From Candidatus Babeliales bacterium (GTDB lineage Bacteria; Babelota; Babeliae; Babelales; JANWKD01): a DNA stretch of 64,000 nt. The notes beneath the pieces are model-generated. The model searched no databases, was not told the origin of the DNA, and saw only the letters and a list, made by a program, of their open reading frames with translations. The translations under genes were made by a program, and so were the position numbers. Location: NCBI GenBank assembly GCA_963722255.1, contig CAVRJO010000001.1, forward strand, positions 800,001-864,000, written 5' to 3'. This document shows, piece after piece, positions 20,247-29,977 of this stretch (its first letter is position 1; each line of letters opens with the position of its first letter).

Positions 20247-21256
20247 TTAAATATTCATTCCTTTAGGTTTTGGATGATCTTTTTTATGATGCTGTTTCAA
20301 AGCTCCCTGTGAACCGTTTGATTTTCCGCATAATTTACAGATATATGCTTTAGAATGATCTACTTTAGTATGCCGACGCAAAAGTGATGCATCCCGTGCG
20401 TTATAACCACATAAACGACAAATTAATTTATTCCCTTGAGCCGGATGTTCAGCCTTATAATGCTGCTGCAAAGCTCCCTTAGAACCTATCGATTTTCCGC
20501 ATAATAGACAGGTATATGCTTTCACATGATCTGCTTTGCTATGCTGTTGCAAAAACGAAAGATTGAATGCTTCATAACCACATAAACCACAAATTAATCT
20601 ATTCCCTTGGGCAGAATGTTCAGCCCTATAATGCTGCAGTGTAGCTCCCTGGGAATGAAGAACTTTGTTACATGTTCTACAAGTAAATTGCTTATGGAGA
20701 GCTTTTATATGTAATTCAAACGTATACTTAAATGGAGAAACATATTCACAGCGATCGCAACTATATAATGTACCAATACTAGTTTTTCTCTTTTTTTTAC
20801 ACCTTCTTGATCATCACAATAAAGTTGTAAGTCCTTTGTCGCTTCAAAAATATCTGTACTGTTTTCTCCAGGCTCTACTAAATTATCAACTTCATCAAAA
20901 ACGGATATTTTTCTTTTAACCCTTAATCTAATATCATTGGATTCAAAATCAGCAGCAAAAGCATCAGATTTAGGATCATACAGCAGATAATTTATTGCAT
21001 CATTAGACATTTCAGCGTCAATACCAATTCCAGTTAGTTCGCAACATTCTTGGATTGACTGCGGCCAATAAGAAACATCATCCTTACCTGGTCCAAGCAA
21101 AAGCTCAGCCACTTCATGAATTGACATCTTGCCCAAATCATTATTAATCTGAAATCTTTCTGAAGAACTGGTATCTAAAAAACTTTTTGGAACATTTTCC
21201 ATACATACAATTCCATAGTTGATTAAAAATAGCACTATTACCTTATATTTATTCAT
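20247..21256 (-). pseudogene. Secreted C2H2 zinc-finger protein (6 fingers) interrupted by a -1 frameshift at an A8 tract (20791-20798)
   Basis: Adding one A gives VKKKRKTSIGTLYSCDRCEY..., open through to ORF 20247..20552 and colinear with paralogue 21418..22758; 336 aa when restored. Confidence 0.85.
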
Positions 21257-21417
21257 AATAAATCCTAAATAATGTACAAAAAACAAAGCTTTATGAAGAA
21301 AATTTAATAAATAAACTTCAAAGTATTAAAGAATATAATTCAAAATCATATGCAATTTATCATGACTTCTCAATCTTAATGCATAAGTTGCTTAAAAAAA
21401 TAACATATAATCTAAAC

Positions 21418-22758
21418 TTATGTTCTTGGATGATCTTTTTTGTGATGCTGCCGCAAAGCTCCATTAGAACCGTTCGGCTTTCCGCATAATTGACAAGCAT
21501 ATAATTTCGTATGGTCTGCTTTATTATGTCGTCTCAACATTGCCGGATTGGCTGCTTTATAACCGCATATACTACAAATTGACTTATTCCCTTGAGTTGG
21601 ATGTTCAGCCTTATAGTGTTGCTTCAAAGCACCTTCGGAATAACATATTTTATTGCATACCTTACAAGTGTATAATTTATGAGGAGCTTTTATATGTTCA
21701 TTAAAAGCTCCTTTGGTTTTAGTAACATATTCACACCTATCACAACTATATAATGCATTTGAACCAACATTAATATTTTTTTTTATAAGAGAAGCATGTT
21801 CTTGAGGAGTCACAGCTTTTCTTTTCTTTTCTATATAATCTTGTTTTAATGCAAGTTTACCATCATGCCATCGTAATTCTTTAGCAATCAAAGCATTTTT
21901 TGCTCTACGTTCAGTGGATTCATACTCTATATTACAAGCATCATGCCCACACTCAGGCTTATCAATCCATATATCATCACGAGTTATCATTTCTGTGTTT
22001 AACCCATATTCTTCAATAGTAGATTTTTTAAAATGGCTCGTTAAATGCTGCAATAAAGCCTCAAAAGAATAGCATTTTTTACTACAAACCCTACAATCAT
22101 ATACATTTTTATAATTTGCGTTATCATTTTTTTTCGATTCTGTAGTCGCAGTTTTAACGTAACCAAGTATAGCAGTGTCTTTTGGAATAAAATGTTTATT
22201 CTTATAATGATTTATAAGAAACTTTTCAGAACTACATACTTTCTTGCATAGGTTACATTCATATGGTTTAAGATGCGTATACTTATGACGCTTGAAAAAC
22301 CCTTCAAAAACAGTGTAATATTCGCAATGTTCACAGGGATAAAAGGAACCTGCACCGACACCACTATTTTGTACAAGATCATGAGTAGCACGTTCATCAA
22401 TAATTTTTCTTTTCTTTTTTACACTTTCATGATCATCAGTATAATGCTGTAAATTAAGTGCAGATTCAGAACTATCAATTTTATCAAAATCAGGTGCCTC
22501 TCTTGTAGCTCCGTGCCTGAGTTCAAGAGATGCAAAGCCGGTAGCAAAAATAGTTTTAGGCTCACTTGTATCAAACGGAGTTGTTACTCCTACATCAATT
22601 CCACAAAATAACTCATAGGATTCTTGAATTGATTGTTGCCATGAATCTTCATCGACAAATTCATCGAGAAAAGATTCCATACAGAGCATTTCACACGAAA
22701 AAAATAAAAGCAGTAAAAATCGTTTTTTGATTATCCCAACGGAACCTTTGCATTCCAT
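21418..22758 (-). CDS. Secreted eukaryote-like C2H2 zinc-finger protein (7 fingers) with NLS-like motifs
   Basis: Seven CxxC-x12-H-x3/4-H units; KKKRK and KKRK; acidic N-terminal region; signal ...MLC|MES; exact start uncertain. Confidence 0.85.
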   Translation of the reverse strand: MECKGSVGIIKKRFLLLLFFSCEMLCMESFLDEFVDEDSWQQSIQESYELFCGIDVGVTTPFDTSEPKTIFATGFASLELRHGATREAPDFDKIDSSESALNLQHYTDDHESVKKKRKIIDERATHDLVQNSGVGAGSFYPCEHCEYYTVFEGFFKRHKYTHLKPYECNLCKKVCSSEKFLINHYKNKHFIPKDTAILGYVKTATTESKKNDNANYKNVYDCRVCSKKCYSFEALLQHLTSHFKKSTIEEYGLNTEMITRDDIWIDKPECGHDACNIEYESTERRAKNALIAKELRWHDGKLALKQDYIEKKRKAVTPQEHASLIKKNINVGSNALYSCDRCEYVTKTKGAFNEHIKAPHKLYTCKVCNKICYSEGALKQHYKAEHPTQGNKSICSICGYKAANPAMLRRHNKADHTKLYACQLCGKPNGSNGALRQHHKKDHPRT

Positions 22759-25193
22759 ATGTCCTGTTCCCCAATAAGCTCGGCACTTTCAATTGTTTCC
22801 CGAGAATAGATAATGGAAGCTGCATGAGTTACCCCCTTAATTATTTGCTCAAGCGGCATTAAAGCGTCCAAAATTTGCTTTTCATTGCAATGGATTTCAA
22901 GGTTTTGCAAAGGAACCTTGAGTGAAAGTTGACGTGCAGTTTTTAGGCTTCTAATGTGGGTAGTTAGAATAATAAGATGCTGTGTTATTGCTGCACTTTG
23001 TTCAAAAATAAACTTTCGAGAATCATAGTGTGTGCTGTGTACTGAAATTGTTTTTTCTTTTTGGCCATAGAGCTCTTTATAGAGTGTCTCAGTTATATAG
23101 GGTAAATAAGGAGCAAATAATTGTAAGATATGTAACCCTGCGGTATAGAGCGTCCAACGAGTTCCCGCAACTGCATCTGATGAATACAATTCTGGTTTAA
23201 AAAGCTGCTCTTTAACTAATTCTATATAATTATCACAAAAATCATGCCAAAAAAATTTTTCAATAGCATCAAGCGCTAAACTAAATTCACCTTCTTCAAA
23301 ATATTTTTTATACAATACAAAACAAGCGCTGCTTTGATGAAGCAGCCATTCATTAATGGTTCCAACAGGATCAGTTTGATGCATTGGAGCATCATTCATA
23401 TGTTCATGAATAAATCTAAAAGCATTCCACAATTTAGTTACAAGCCTTTGGCCAATCTTCAATTGATTTTCTGAAAATGCAACATCCTGACCTAATCTTC
23501 CAGAAGCTGTCCAATAGCGAATAACATCAGCTGAATATGTTTGTAATAAAAATTCCGGAGAAATTTTAGTATTCTCTTTTGATTTTGATAATTTTTCTTT
23601 GGTATCGCTTAATACATGCCCTGAAATTATAATATTTTTCCATGGTAATCTTCCATAATGCATCCATGATTTTACTATAGTATAAAATGCCCATGTTCTA
23701 ATAATATCATGAGCCTGCGGTCGCATGCTCATAGGTATAAATTCGTGAGCCGCCGATTCAAAAGGATTTTTATCAGGATATAATAAAGCAAAGCAAATCT
23801 GAGGTGTTAATGATGAAGTATTCCAAGTGTCCATTACGTCTTTATCAGGTTCTATAACTGCCGAATCGCATTCAGGACAATGCCCTTTATATGCTTGTTC
23901 TTGTGGATCAATAGGCAATTGATCCAGTGAAGCTACAATAACATGTCCATTTATGCAATGCCATGCTGGAAAAGGAATACCGTAAAATCTTTGACGGGAA
24001 AGGCACCAATCCCAACTAATTGCCTCAACCCAATTTATATAGCGAGATTTCATAAAAGAGGGGAACCAGTCAAGCTCATCTGCAAGCTCCAAAAACTTCT
24101 GCTTATGAGGCAAAATAGAAAGAAACCATTGCGTAAGCGCCAAATATTCTATCTCTTTCTTGCAACGTTCATGAACATTTACCATATGCACAATTGCTTT
24201 TTGATTACGTAAAAAGCCTTGTTTTGACAATTCTGCTAATATTGCTTCTCGTGCTTGAGTTACTTTTAAACCGCCTATAATATCAATACTTTCATCAAAA
24301 CGACCATCAAATTTTAAAGATGTTTTATAGGGCAAATTATATTTTTTAAACCAACCAATGTCTGTTTTATCGCCAAAAGTGCAACACATGACAAGGCCTG
24401 TACCCTTTTCTATAACAACAGCCTCATCAGCTATAATTGGAACAGTATAATTGAAAAGAGGAACAACTGCCTGCTTGCCCTGTAATTGCGTATAACGCCG
24501 ATCATTGGGATTATAAAAAATTGCCACACACGAAGCGAGAAACTCAGGCCGTGTCGTTCCGACAATTAGTTCAGAGCCGTCTTCTGATTTGAAAACAATA
24601 TCATTAAATAATGAAGATTTTTCTACATCATCAAGTTCAGCTTGGGCAACAGTTGTACGACATGTTGTACAATAAAGAGCCGGCTCATGCTTGCGATATA
24701 TAAAACCTTTCTGAAAAAGCCTTATAAACGATTCTTGAGATATTTTTCGAGATGTTTCTGAGATAGTTGAATAGCACTTATCCCAATCTACAGAAAGCCC
24801 CATATCTTGCCATAATTCTTTAAATTTTGTTTCAACTTCAGCAGTCTCTTGAAGACAAAGCTCAATAAATTCCGAACGTTTCATGCTATGAGCATTAATC
24901 TCACGCTTTTTTTCAACAAATCGTTCTGTCGGCAAGCCATTATCATCAAATCCAAATGGATAAAAAACAGAGAGGCCGCTCATTCTTTTATAGCGAGCTA
25001 TAATATCTGTTTGCGTATATGAAAAAATATGACCTATGTGCAATGACCCGGAAACAGTAGGCGGTGGCGTATCGATGCTATACATTTGGGCACTATACAT
25101 CTGAGCTTCAGGAGAAACCTTATAAATACCTTGGTCTTGCCATTCCTGCTTAAGCATCAATTCATGTTTTTTATGGTCGTAATTTTTTTCCAT
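22731..25193 (-). CDS. valS: Valine--tRNA ligase (short, type 2/archaeal-like architecture)
   Basis: DTPPPTVSGSLHIGH, GTTRPE, GTGLVMCCTFGD, WDWCLSRQRFYG, DVMDTW, MRPQAHDIIRTW, KLSKS. Confidence 0.95.
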   Translation of the reverse strand: MEKNYDHKKHELMLKQEWQDQGIYKVSPEAQMYSAQMYSIDTPPPTVSGSLHIGHIFSYTQTDIIARYKRMSGLSVFYPFGFDDNGLPTERFVEKKREINAHSMKRSEFIELCLQETAEVETKFKELWQDMGLSVDWDKCYSTISETSRKISQESFIRLFQKGFIYRKHEPALYCTTCRTTVAQAELDDVEKSSLFNDIVFKSEDGSELIVGTTRPEFLASCVAIFYNPNDRRYTQLQGKQAVVPLFNYTVPIIADEAVVIEKGTGLVMCCTFGDKTDIGWFKKYNLPYKTSLKFDGRFDESIDIIGGLKVTQAREAILAELSKQGFLRNQKAIVHMVNVHERCKKEIEYLALTQWFLSILPHKQKFLELADELDWFPSFMKSRYINWVEAISWDWCLSRQRFYGIPFPAWHCINGHVIVASLDQLPIDPQEQAYKGHCPECDSAVIEPDKDVMDTWNTSSLTPQICFALLYPDKNPFESAAHEFIPMSMRPQAHDIIRTWAFYTIVKSWMHYGRLPWKNIIISGHVLSDTKEKLSKSKENTKISPEFLLQTYSADVIRYWTASGRLGQDVAFSENQLKIGQRLVTKLWNAFRFIHEHMNDAPMHQTDPVGTINEWLLHQSSACFVLYKKYFEEGEFSLALDAIEKFFWHDFCDNYIELVKEQLFKPELYSSDAVAGTRWTLYTAGLHILQLFAPYLPYITETLYKELYGQKEKTISVHSTHYDSRKFIFEQSAAITQHLIILTTHIRSLKTARQLSLKVPLQNLEIHCNEKQILDALMPLEQIIKGVTHAASIIYSRETIESAELIGEQDIWNAKVPLG

Positions 25194-25208
25194 ACTCTTT
25201 TTACCAAA

Positions 25209-25409
25209 TTAGATCGATTTAGACCTTTTTCGCTTTTCTATTTTTTGAGTAACTGCTTTATCTGTACGTTGATTATATTTTTTTTCAATTTCACTCATCA
25301 TTCTAATTATAGGATTAGTTTCAGCGATAAGCTCAAAACTATGCAACAGGCCTAAAAAAAGTCCTATTGCAAATAGATGTAATAAATTTTTTTTAGTAAA
25401 TTTAACCAT
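25209..25409 (-). CDS. Small hypothetical membrane protein
   Basis: GAGG RBS, one hydrophobic helix and basic tail, directly upstream of valS. Confidence 0.5.
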   Translation of the reverse strand: MVKFTKKNLLHLFAIGLFLGLLHSFELIAETNPIIRMMSEIEKKYNQRTDKAVTQKIEKRKRSKSI

Positions 25410-25572
25410 GTTGATTCCTCAAAACTATACATTATTCACACTTTGAGTTTAGCGTTCAATCTAATATTGTAAAGATTAATCTTGATCTTCCCTATACTCC
25501 AAATGGCTACTGGACTCTACTAATGATCAGTTAGGTCACGTGGTATCCAAAGGAGTTCATGAACTTTTTTGA

Positions 25573-27831
25573 TTAAGCTTTATTTGACTTAATCCGGTTT
25601 TTCATGAGAGAAAGTTCATTTTGAGCTACAAGTTTAAACTGTTCAGGTATAGAAGGTTGTTGCATTACGTCTCGTAATATTGCTTCACTCTCAGAAACAT
25701 TATTAAGAAGTTTATGGCAAAAGGCCATTCTCAACGGCAAATTTGGCAATGTGTGTCCCAAAGATTTAGCCTTTTGAAATGCATTAAGTGCTTGTTGAGG
25801 ATTATTGGTTTTCAAGTAGGCCTCACCCAAATTATACCAAGCATTTTTCTCTTCTGGATGTGCATTGAGAAGTTTCTTATACGCAAGAACCGATTGATCA
25901 AAATTTTCATTCAAATATAAGGCATGTGCACAATTAAAAATATTTTCTTTGGTTGGCTGAATTTCAACCATTTTGCTATAAGCAAAGGCTGCATCAGAAT
26001 ACTTTTTTAGTTTCATAGACATATGCGCGTATAATTGAAAGCCTGTCTCATTATCCAAATCGGCTTTTGTACACGCACTTTTAAAACATTCAAAAGCCTT
26101 TTCTTCTTCATTTCTAAAAAGATGCACTTTCCCTAAGTTAAAAAATGCCTTACCATAATACGGCCTTAATTGTAGCGCATAGTGTAATGCTTTTTCAGCT
26201 TGATCATAATCTTTTTTGGTAATTAAAAATGAGGCAAGATTATTATATGCTTCTGGATACATTGGTTGAATCATTATACTGCGTCTTAATGCATCAATTG
26301 CTTTATCAAGATCTCCTAGAAAAGAAAATGCTACGGCAATATTATTAAGCGGATCGGGGTATGAGCCATCCATTTCAATTGCCTTTTGATAATAAGGAAT
26401 AGATTCTTTGTAAAGTCCCTTTTCAGATAAAGCTACGGCGTAATTATTATATGCACGGGCTTTGCCCGGTGCATTTTGAATAATATTTGCCCAAAAATTT
26501 TCTCCGCTACTCCACACTTTATTTCGCTGATAGGTAAAAAATCCCAAAGGGAAAGCAAGCAGAATTACAAAAATACTCTCAAGCTCTTTCTTACAATAAA
26601 AAAGCTTATGCTGTTTTGCATACTCAAAAGCCATTTTACAAAGTTTAACAACAAAAAGAGCCAACATAAAAGTAAGACCTATTGAACCTGTATAGGTTTT
26701 ATAATCGGTAAGCAACTCAGAAGAAGGTATAAATGAAGAGCGAGGGGCAATACTTACAAGAAACCAGATAATACCAAAGACCCCAATATGTGATCTATTT
26801 TTATGTAAAACTCTTATGATTGACCCTAACATTGCACAAAGAATAACAAAAGGTACAAAGCAATCAAAAGAGAAAAAGCTTTTTACTAACTTCCAATCAT
26901 ATTCAACACTAATATTAAAAGGCCAAATAAACATAAAAAGATAATGTAAAATGACTTTAAATTGCGATATAAAAAAGTGTAACGGTAAAATTTTCTCATT
27001 AGCTTTTTCGGTTAAAATATTTCCTATATTATTGCGAGCCTCTAGTTTAAAACCAAATAAATTTATAAAAAAAGTTGGCTTCAAAAAATAGAGATACACA
27101 GAAAATATCATTGCTGTATACAAGCCATAGAAAATTTTTCTTCTTTTTATTGATTCAAAATCTCCTTGAGCAATAAAAAACCAATCAAAAGTCATAAGTA
27201 AAAATGGTGACATGATTGCAATTTCTTTAGTCCCGCATGAAAGAATACCTAGGATAAAAACCAGAGTCAGTAGATATGTTTTTACAAAAAAATCTTTTGT
27301 GCGTGATGCCAAAAGAAAACAAAAAGCAATACTGACAATAAAAAATCCCGCTAATCCTTCCAATTGCCCTTGAATAACATAGGAAACTGTTTGAGTTTGA
27401 ACAGGATGCAGTAAGAATACAAGTGCTGAACAGAGTGAGATTAAAAAAGCATTTTCAGAAAAAAAAGTTCTTTTTTTTAGCCCAGAAAGAGCTAGATAGA
27501 AAAGATAAAAAATTATGATACTTGTTATGGTATGGCTCATTACATTGAATAATCTGTAGCCGAATGGATTAAATTTACCAATTTTATAATGAATCGTATT
27601 AAGCCAATAACTTATCCAACGAGAACTTTGAAAAAAAAGCTGAGAAAAAGTTGAATTACGTATACTATAAAGTTTTGTTATATTTGCTAAATCATCAAAT
27701 TGAAAACTATAATTCAAAGAAGGTGTGTAAAAAATAGCTGCCAAGATTGATAAAATAAAAGGTGGAAGATAAAGATAAAGAAAATGAGTTGAGGCTTCGT
27801 TTCTTACAACACCACTTTTTACTTTTTTCAT
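25573..27831 (-). CDS. TMTC-like multi-pass membrane protein with C-terminal TPR array (putative GT-C glycosyltransferase)
   Basis: FQFDD after TM1, LHPVQTQTVSY, WPFNISVEY, RNKVW, followed by repeated AYNNLA/AFFNLG/AWYNLG TPR units. Confidence 0.75.
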   Translation of the reverse strand: MKKVKSGVVRNEASTHFLYLYLPPFILSILAAIFYTPSLNYSFQFDDLANITKLYSIRNSTFSQLFFQSSRWISYWLNTIHYKIGKFNPFGYRLFNVMSHTITSIIIFYLFYLALSGLKKRTFFSENAFLISLCSALVFLLHPVQTQTVSYVIQGQLEGLAGFFIVSIAFCFLLASRTKDFFVKTYLLTLVFILGILSCGTKEIAIMSPFLLMTFDWFFIAQGDFESIKRRKIFYGLYTAMIFSVYLYFLKPTFFINLFGFKLEARNNIGNILTEKANEKILPLHFFISQFKVILHYLFMFIWPFNISVEYDWKLVKSFFSFDCFVPFVILCAMLGSIIRVLHKNRSHIGVFGIIWFLVSIAPRSSFIPSSELLTDYKTYTGSIGLTFMLALFVVKLCKMAFEYAKQHKLFYCKKELESIFVILLAFPLGFFTYQRNKVWSSGENFWANIIQNAPGKARAYNNYAVALSEKGLYKESIPYYQKAIEMDGSYPDPLNNIAVAFSFLGDLDKAIDALRRSIMIQPMYPEAYNNLASFLITKKDYDQAEKALHYALQLRPYYGKAFFNLGKVHLFRNEEEKAFECFKSACTKADLDNETGFQLYAHMSMKLKKYSDAAFAYSKMVEIQPTKENIFNCAHALYLNENFDQSVLAYKKLLNAHPEEKNAWYNLGEAYLKTNNPQQALNAFQKAKSLGHTLPNLPLRMAFCHKLLNNVSESEAILRDVMQQPSIPEQFKLVAQNELSLMKNRIKSNKA

Positions 27832-28046
27832 ATAATTTCCTTTTTTTGCTAATCACTTTTTCACTTTTTTGATCATTCTACTCAATAAAGAATTTTTGTC
27901 GAGGGCGTAGACAAATTTATTAGTATCTCTTTTTTAGAGCTTTTTACCTCTATAGATCATAAAGTCATTAATAAACAAATAACTCTTTCTAACTAACTAT
28001 TTTTTATACTATACTTAAGAAGAATAATTATATTTTTAGAATAAAA

Positions 28047-28325
28047 ATGAGTTCATTCATGAAACAATCGCCATTTATGTTGTTCGTTATTGGCATTAAT
28101 ATTTTTATCGTCTTTTTTTTGGTGTATAAAAATAGCCGCATTGTTGAATTATCTTTTCAGAAGCAAAATCATGAAAAAGCTAGAGCAATGCTTCTCAAAG
28201 AAAAAGATAGATTACAACAACAATTGTGTGTTGCTCAAAGCAAATCAATGGTTAAACATTTTGCGAAAAATGAACTCAAAATGGAAAAAATTAAAGCTCA
28301 CAATATAAAATCTGTTTCCTCATGA
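28047..28325 (+). CDS. ftsL: Cell division protein FtsL-like
   Basis: Single TM plus coiled coil ending AKNELKM; overlaps the PBP gene start (ATGA). Confidence 0.55.
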   Translation: MSSFMKQSPFMLFVIGINIFIVFFLVYKNSRIVELSFQKQNHEKARAMLLKEKDRLQQQLCVAQSKSMVKHFAKNELKMEKIKAHNIKSVSS

Positions 28326-29977
28326 TAAATAGTAGCTATAAAATACGATCCTCATTCATTTTTATACTTTTTTGTTTTGGTTACGCAATTATTATAGGCG
28401 CGCTTTATACCATTCAGATAAGGAAAAGAAATTTCTTTATCAATTTAGGCAAACAACAATACCAAATCACTATAAAAAAACATCCTCCCCGAGGGCTTAT
28501 TTATGATACGAACTTTAAATTTTTAGCGCTTAATAAAGATACATTATCTGCATTTATTTTACCCAATCAACTTGAAAATGTTGAACAACTTGAGCAGTTT
28601 TTGAGAAAACATTTTCCTCAAGCATTACAACGGCTACAGGCAAATCCACAAACACAATTTATGTATATTAAGCGAAAATTATCACCAAAAGAACTTCAAC
28701 TGCTCGAAGAATCTATGATACTCGATATAAAACTTGTTAAAGAACCAAGCAGGTTTTATCCTGATAAATGCATGAATCAGATTGTCGGTATAACCGATAT
28801 AGACAATAATGGACTCTTTGGGTTAGAACTTATATACAATAAAAAACTTGCCGGATCACCGGCGACCTATTGTCTTGAAAAAGATGCTCGCTCCGGCCAT
28901 TTTTATTTTAAAAAAGAAACAATGGTTGAAGGCATTGATGGCGAACCATTAGTATTAACCATAGACAGTGATTTACAATTTTTAGCATATCAGGCTTTAA
29001 AAAAAACAATCCAAACATATAATGCGCAAGAAGGGTCGGTGCTTATTCTTGATCCGACAAATAACCATATCTTAACAATGGTTAATTATCCAACGTTTAA
29101 TCACGATAATACCAATGACATTGATTTTGAAAAAACAAAAAATAAAATTGTAACAGAAGCCTATGAGCCCGGTTCTGTTATGAAAGTCTTTGCAGCGCTT
29201 GCTCTTCTTGAAGAGAATTTAGTAGATCCTGATGAGCTCGTCGATTGCGAAAACAGTGTTTTTGGTAAAGTTAATGGAGCCCGTTTCACTACAACAAAAG
29301 CTCATGGGATACTGCCGTTTACAGAAGTTATACAACATTCAAACAATATAGGCATTGCTAAAACTGCCTCACGCCTAGGACCTTTACTCTATGAACATTA
29401 TAGAAAATTAGGATTTGGCAAAAAGTTACAATTCGATTGGCCTGGACAACAAGCCGGATTTGTAAATCCCCCTCAAAAATGGTCTCGTTCATCTTTAGTT
29501 TCCTTATCGTTTGGTTATGAAATTCGAGCAACACTGTTGCACTTGGCTCAAGCATTTTCAATTATAGTTAATGATGGAAGACTTCTTCCTTGTACACTTA
29601 TTAAAAATCCAAATCAAAATAATGAACAACATGAATCACCAAGACTCTATGATCACAAATCAATACAGGATATAAAAAATATACTCTCAAAAACAAATGC
29701 AAAGCCTCTTAATGGTTATACCATTTGGGGTAAAACAGGAACAGCAAATTTGGTTATTGATGGTGAATATTCACACAATCATAATATTTATACGTTCATG
29801 GGAGTTATTGAACAGAATACTTTTAAAAGAATAATTGTTACCTTTATAAAAGACACACAACGCAAAGATTTGCGTGCTGCAACCGTGGCCGTTCCACTTT
29901 TTGATACGATTGCACATGACATAGTTGTACAGAATACAATGCATAACAAGGAAAACCATAATGGATCTGAACATTAA
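28322..29977 (+). CDS. ftsI: Class B penicillin-binding protein (FtsI-like)
   Basis: RGLIYD, RFYP, GLFGLE, LTIDSDLQ, YEPGSVMK (SxxK), SNN (SxN), KTGTA. Confidence 0.85.
   Translation: MINSSYKIRSSFIFILFCFGYAIIIGALYTIQIRKRNFFINLGKQQYQITIKKHPPRGLIYDTNFKFLALNKDTLSAFILPNQLENVEQLEQFLRKHFPQALQRLQANPQTQFMYIKRKLSPKELQLLEESMILDIKLVKEPSRFYPDKCMNQIVGITDIDNNGLFGLELIYNKKLAGSPATYCLEKDARSGHFYFKKETMVEGIDGEPLVLTIDSDLQFLAYQALKKTIQTYNAQEGSVLILDPTNNHILTMVNYPTFNHDNTNDIDFEKTKNKIVTEAYEPGSVMKVFAALALLEENLVDPDELVDCENSVFGKVNGARFTTTKAHGILPFTEVIQHSNNIGIAKTASRLGPLLYEHYRKLGFGKKLQFDWPGQQAGFVNPPQKWSRSSLVSLSFGYEIRATLLHLAQAFSIIVNDGRLLPCTLIKNPNQNNEQHESPRLYDHKSIQDIKNILSKTNAKPLNGYTIWGKTGTANLVIDGEYSHNHNIYTFMGVIEQNTFKRIIVTFIKDTQRKDLRAATVAVPLFDTIAHDIVVQNTMHNKENHNGSEH

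Noticed and set aside
20705..21286. 193-aa ORF and the 101-aa ORF at 20247..20552 as independent genes
   Set aside because: They are two halves of one frameshifted zinc-finger gene; the hydrophobic tail of the 193-aa ORF is out-of-frame sequence.
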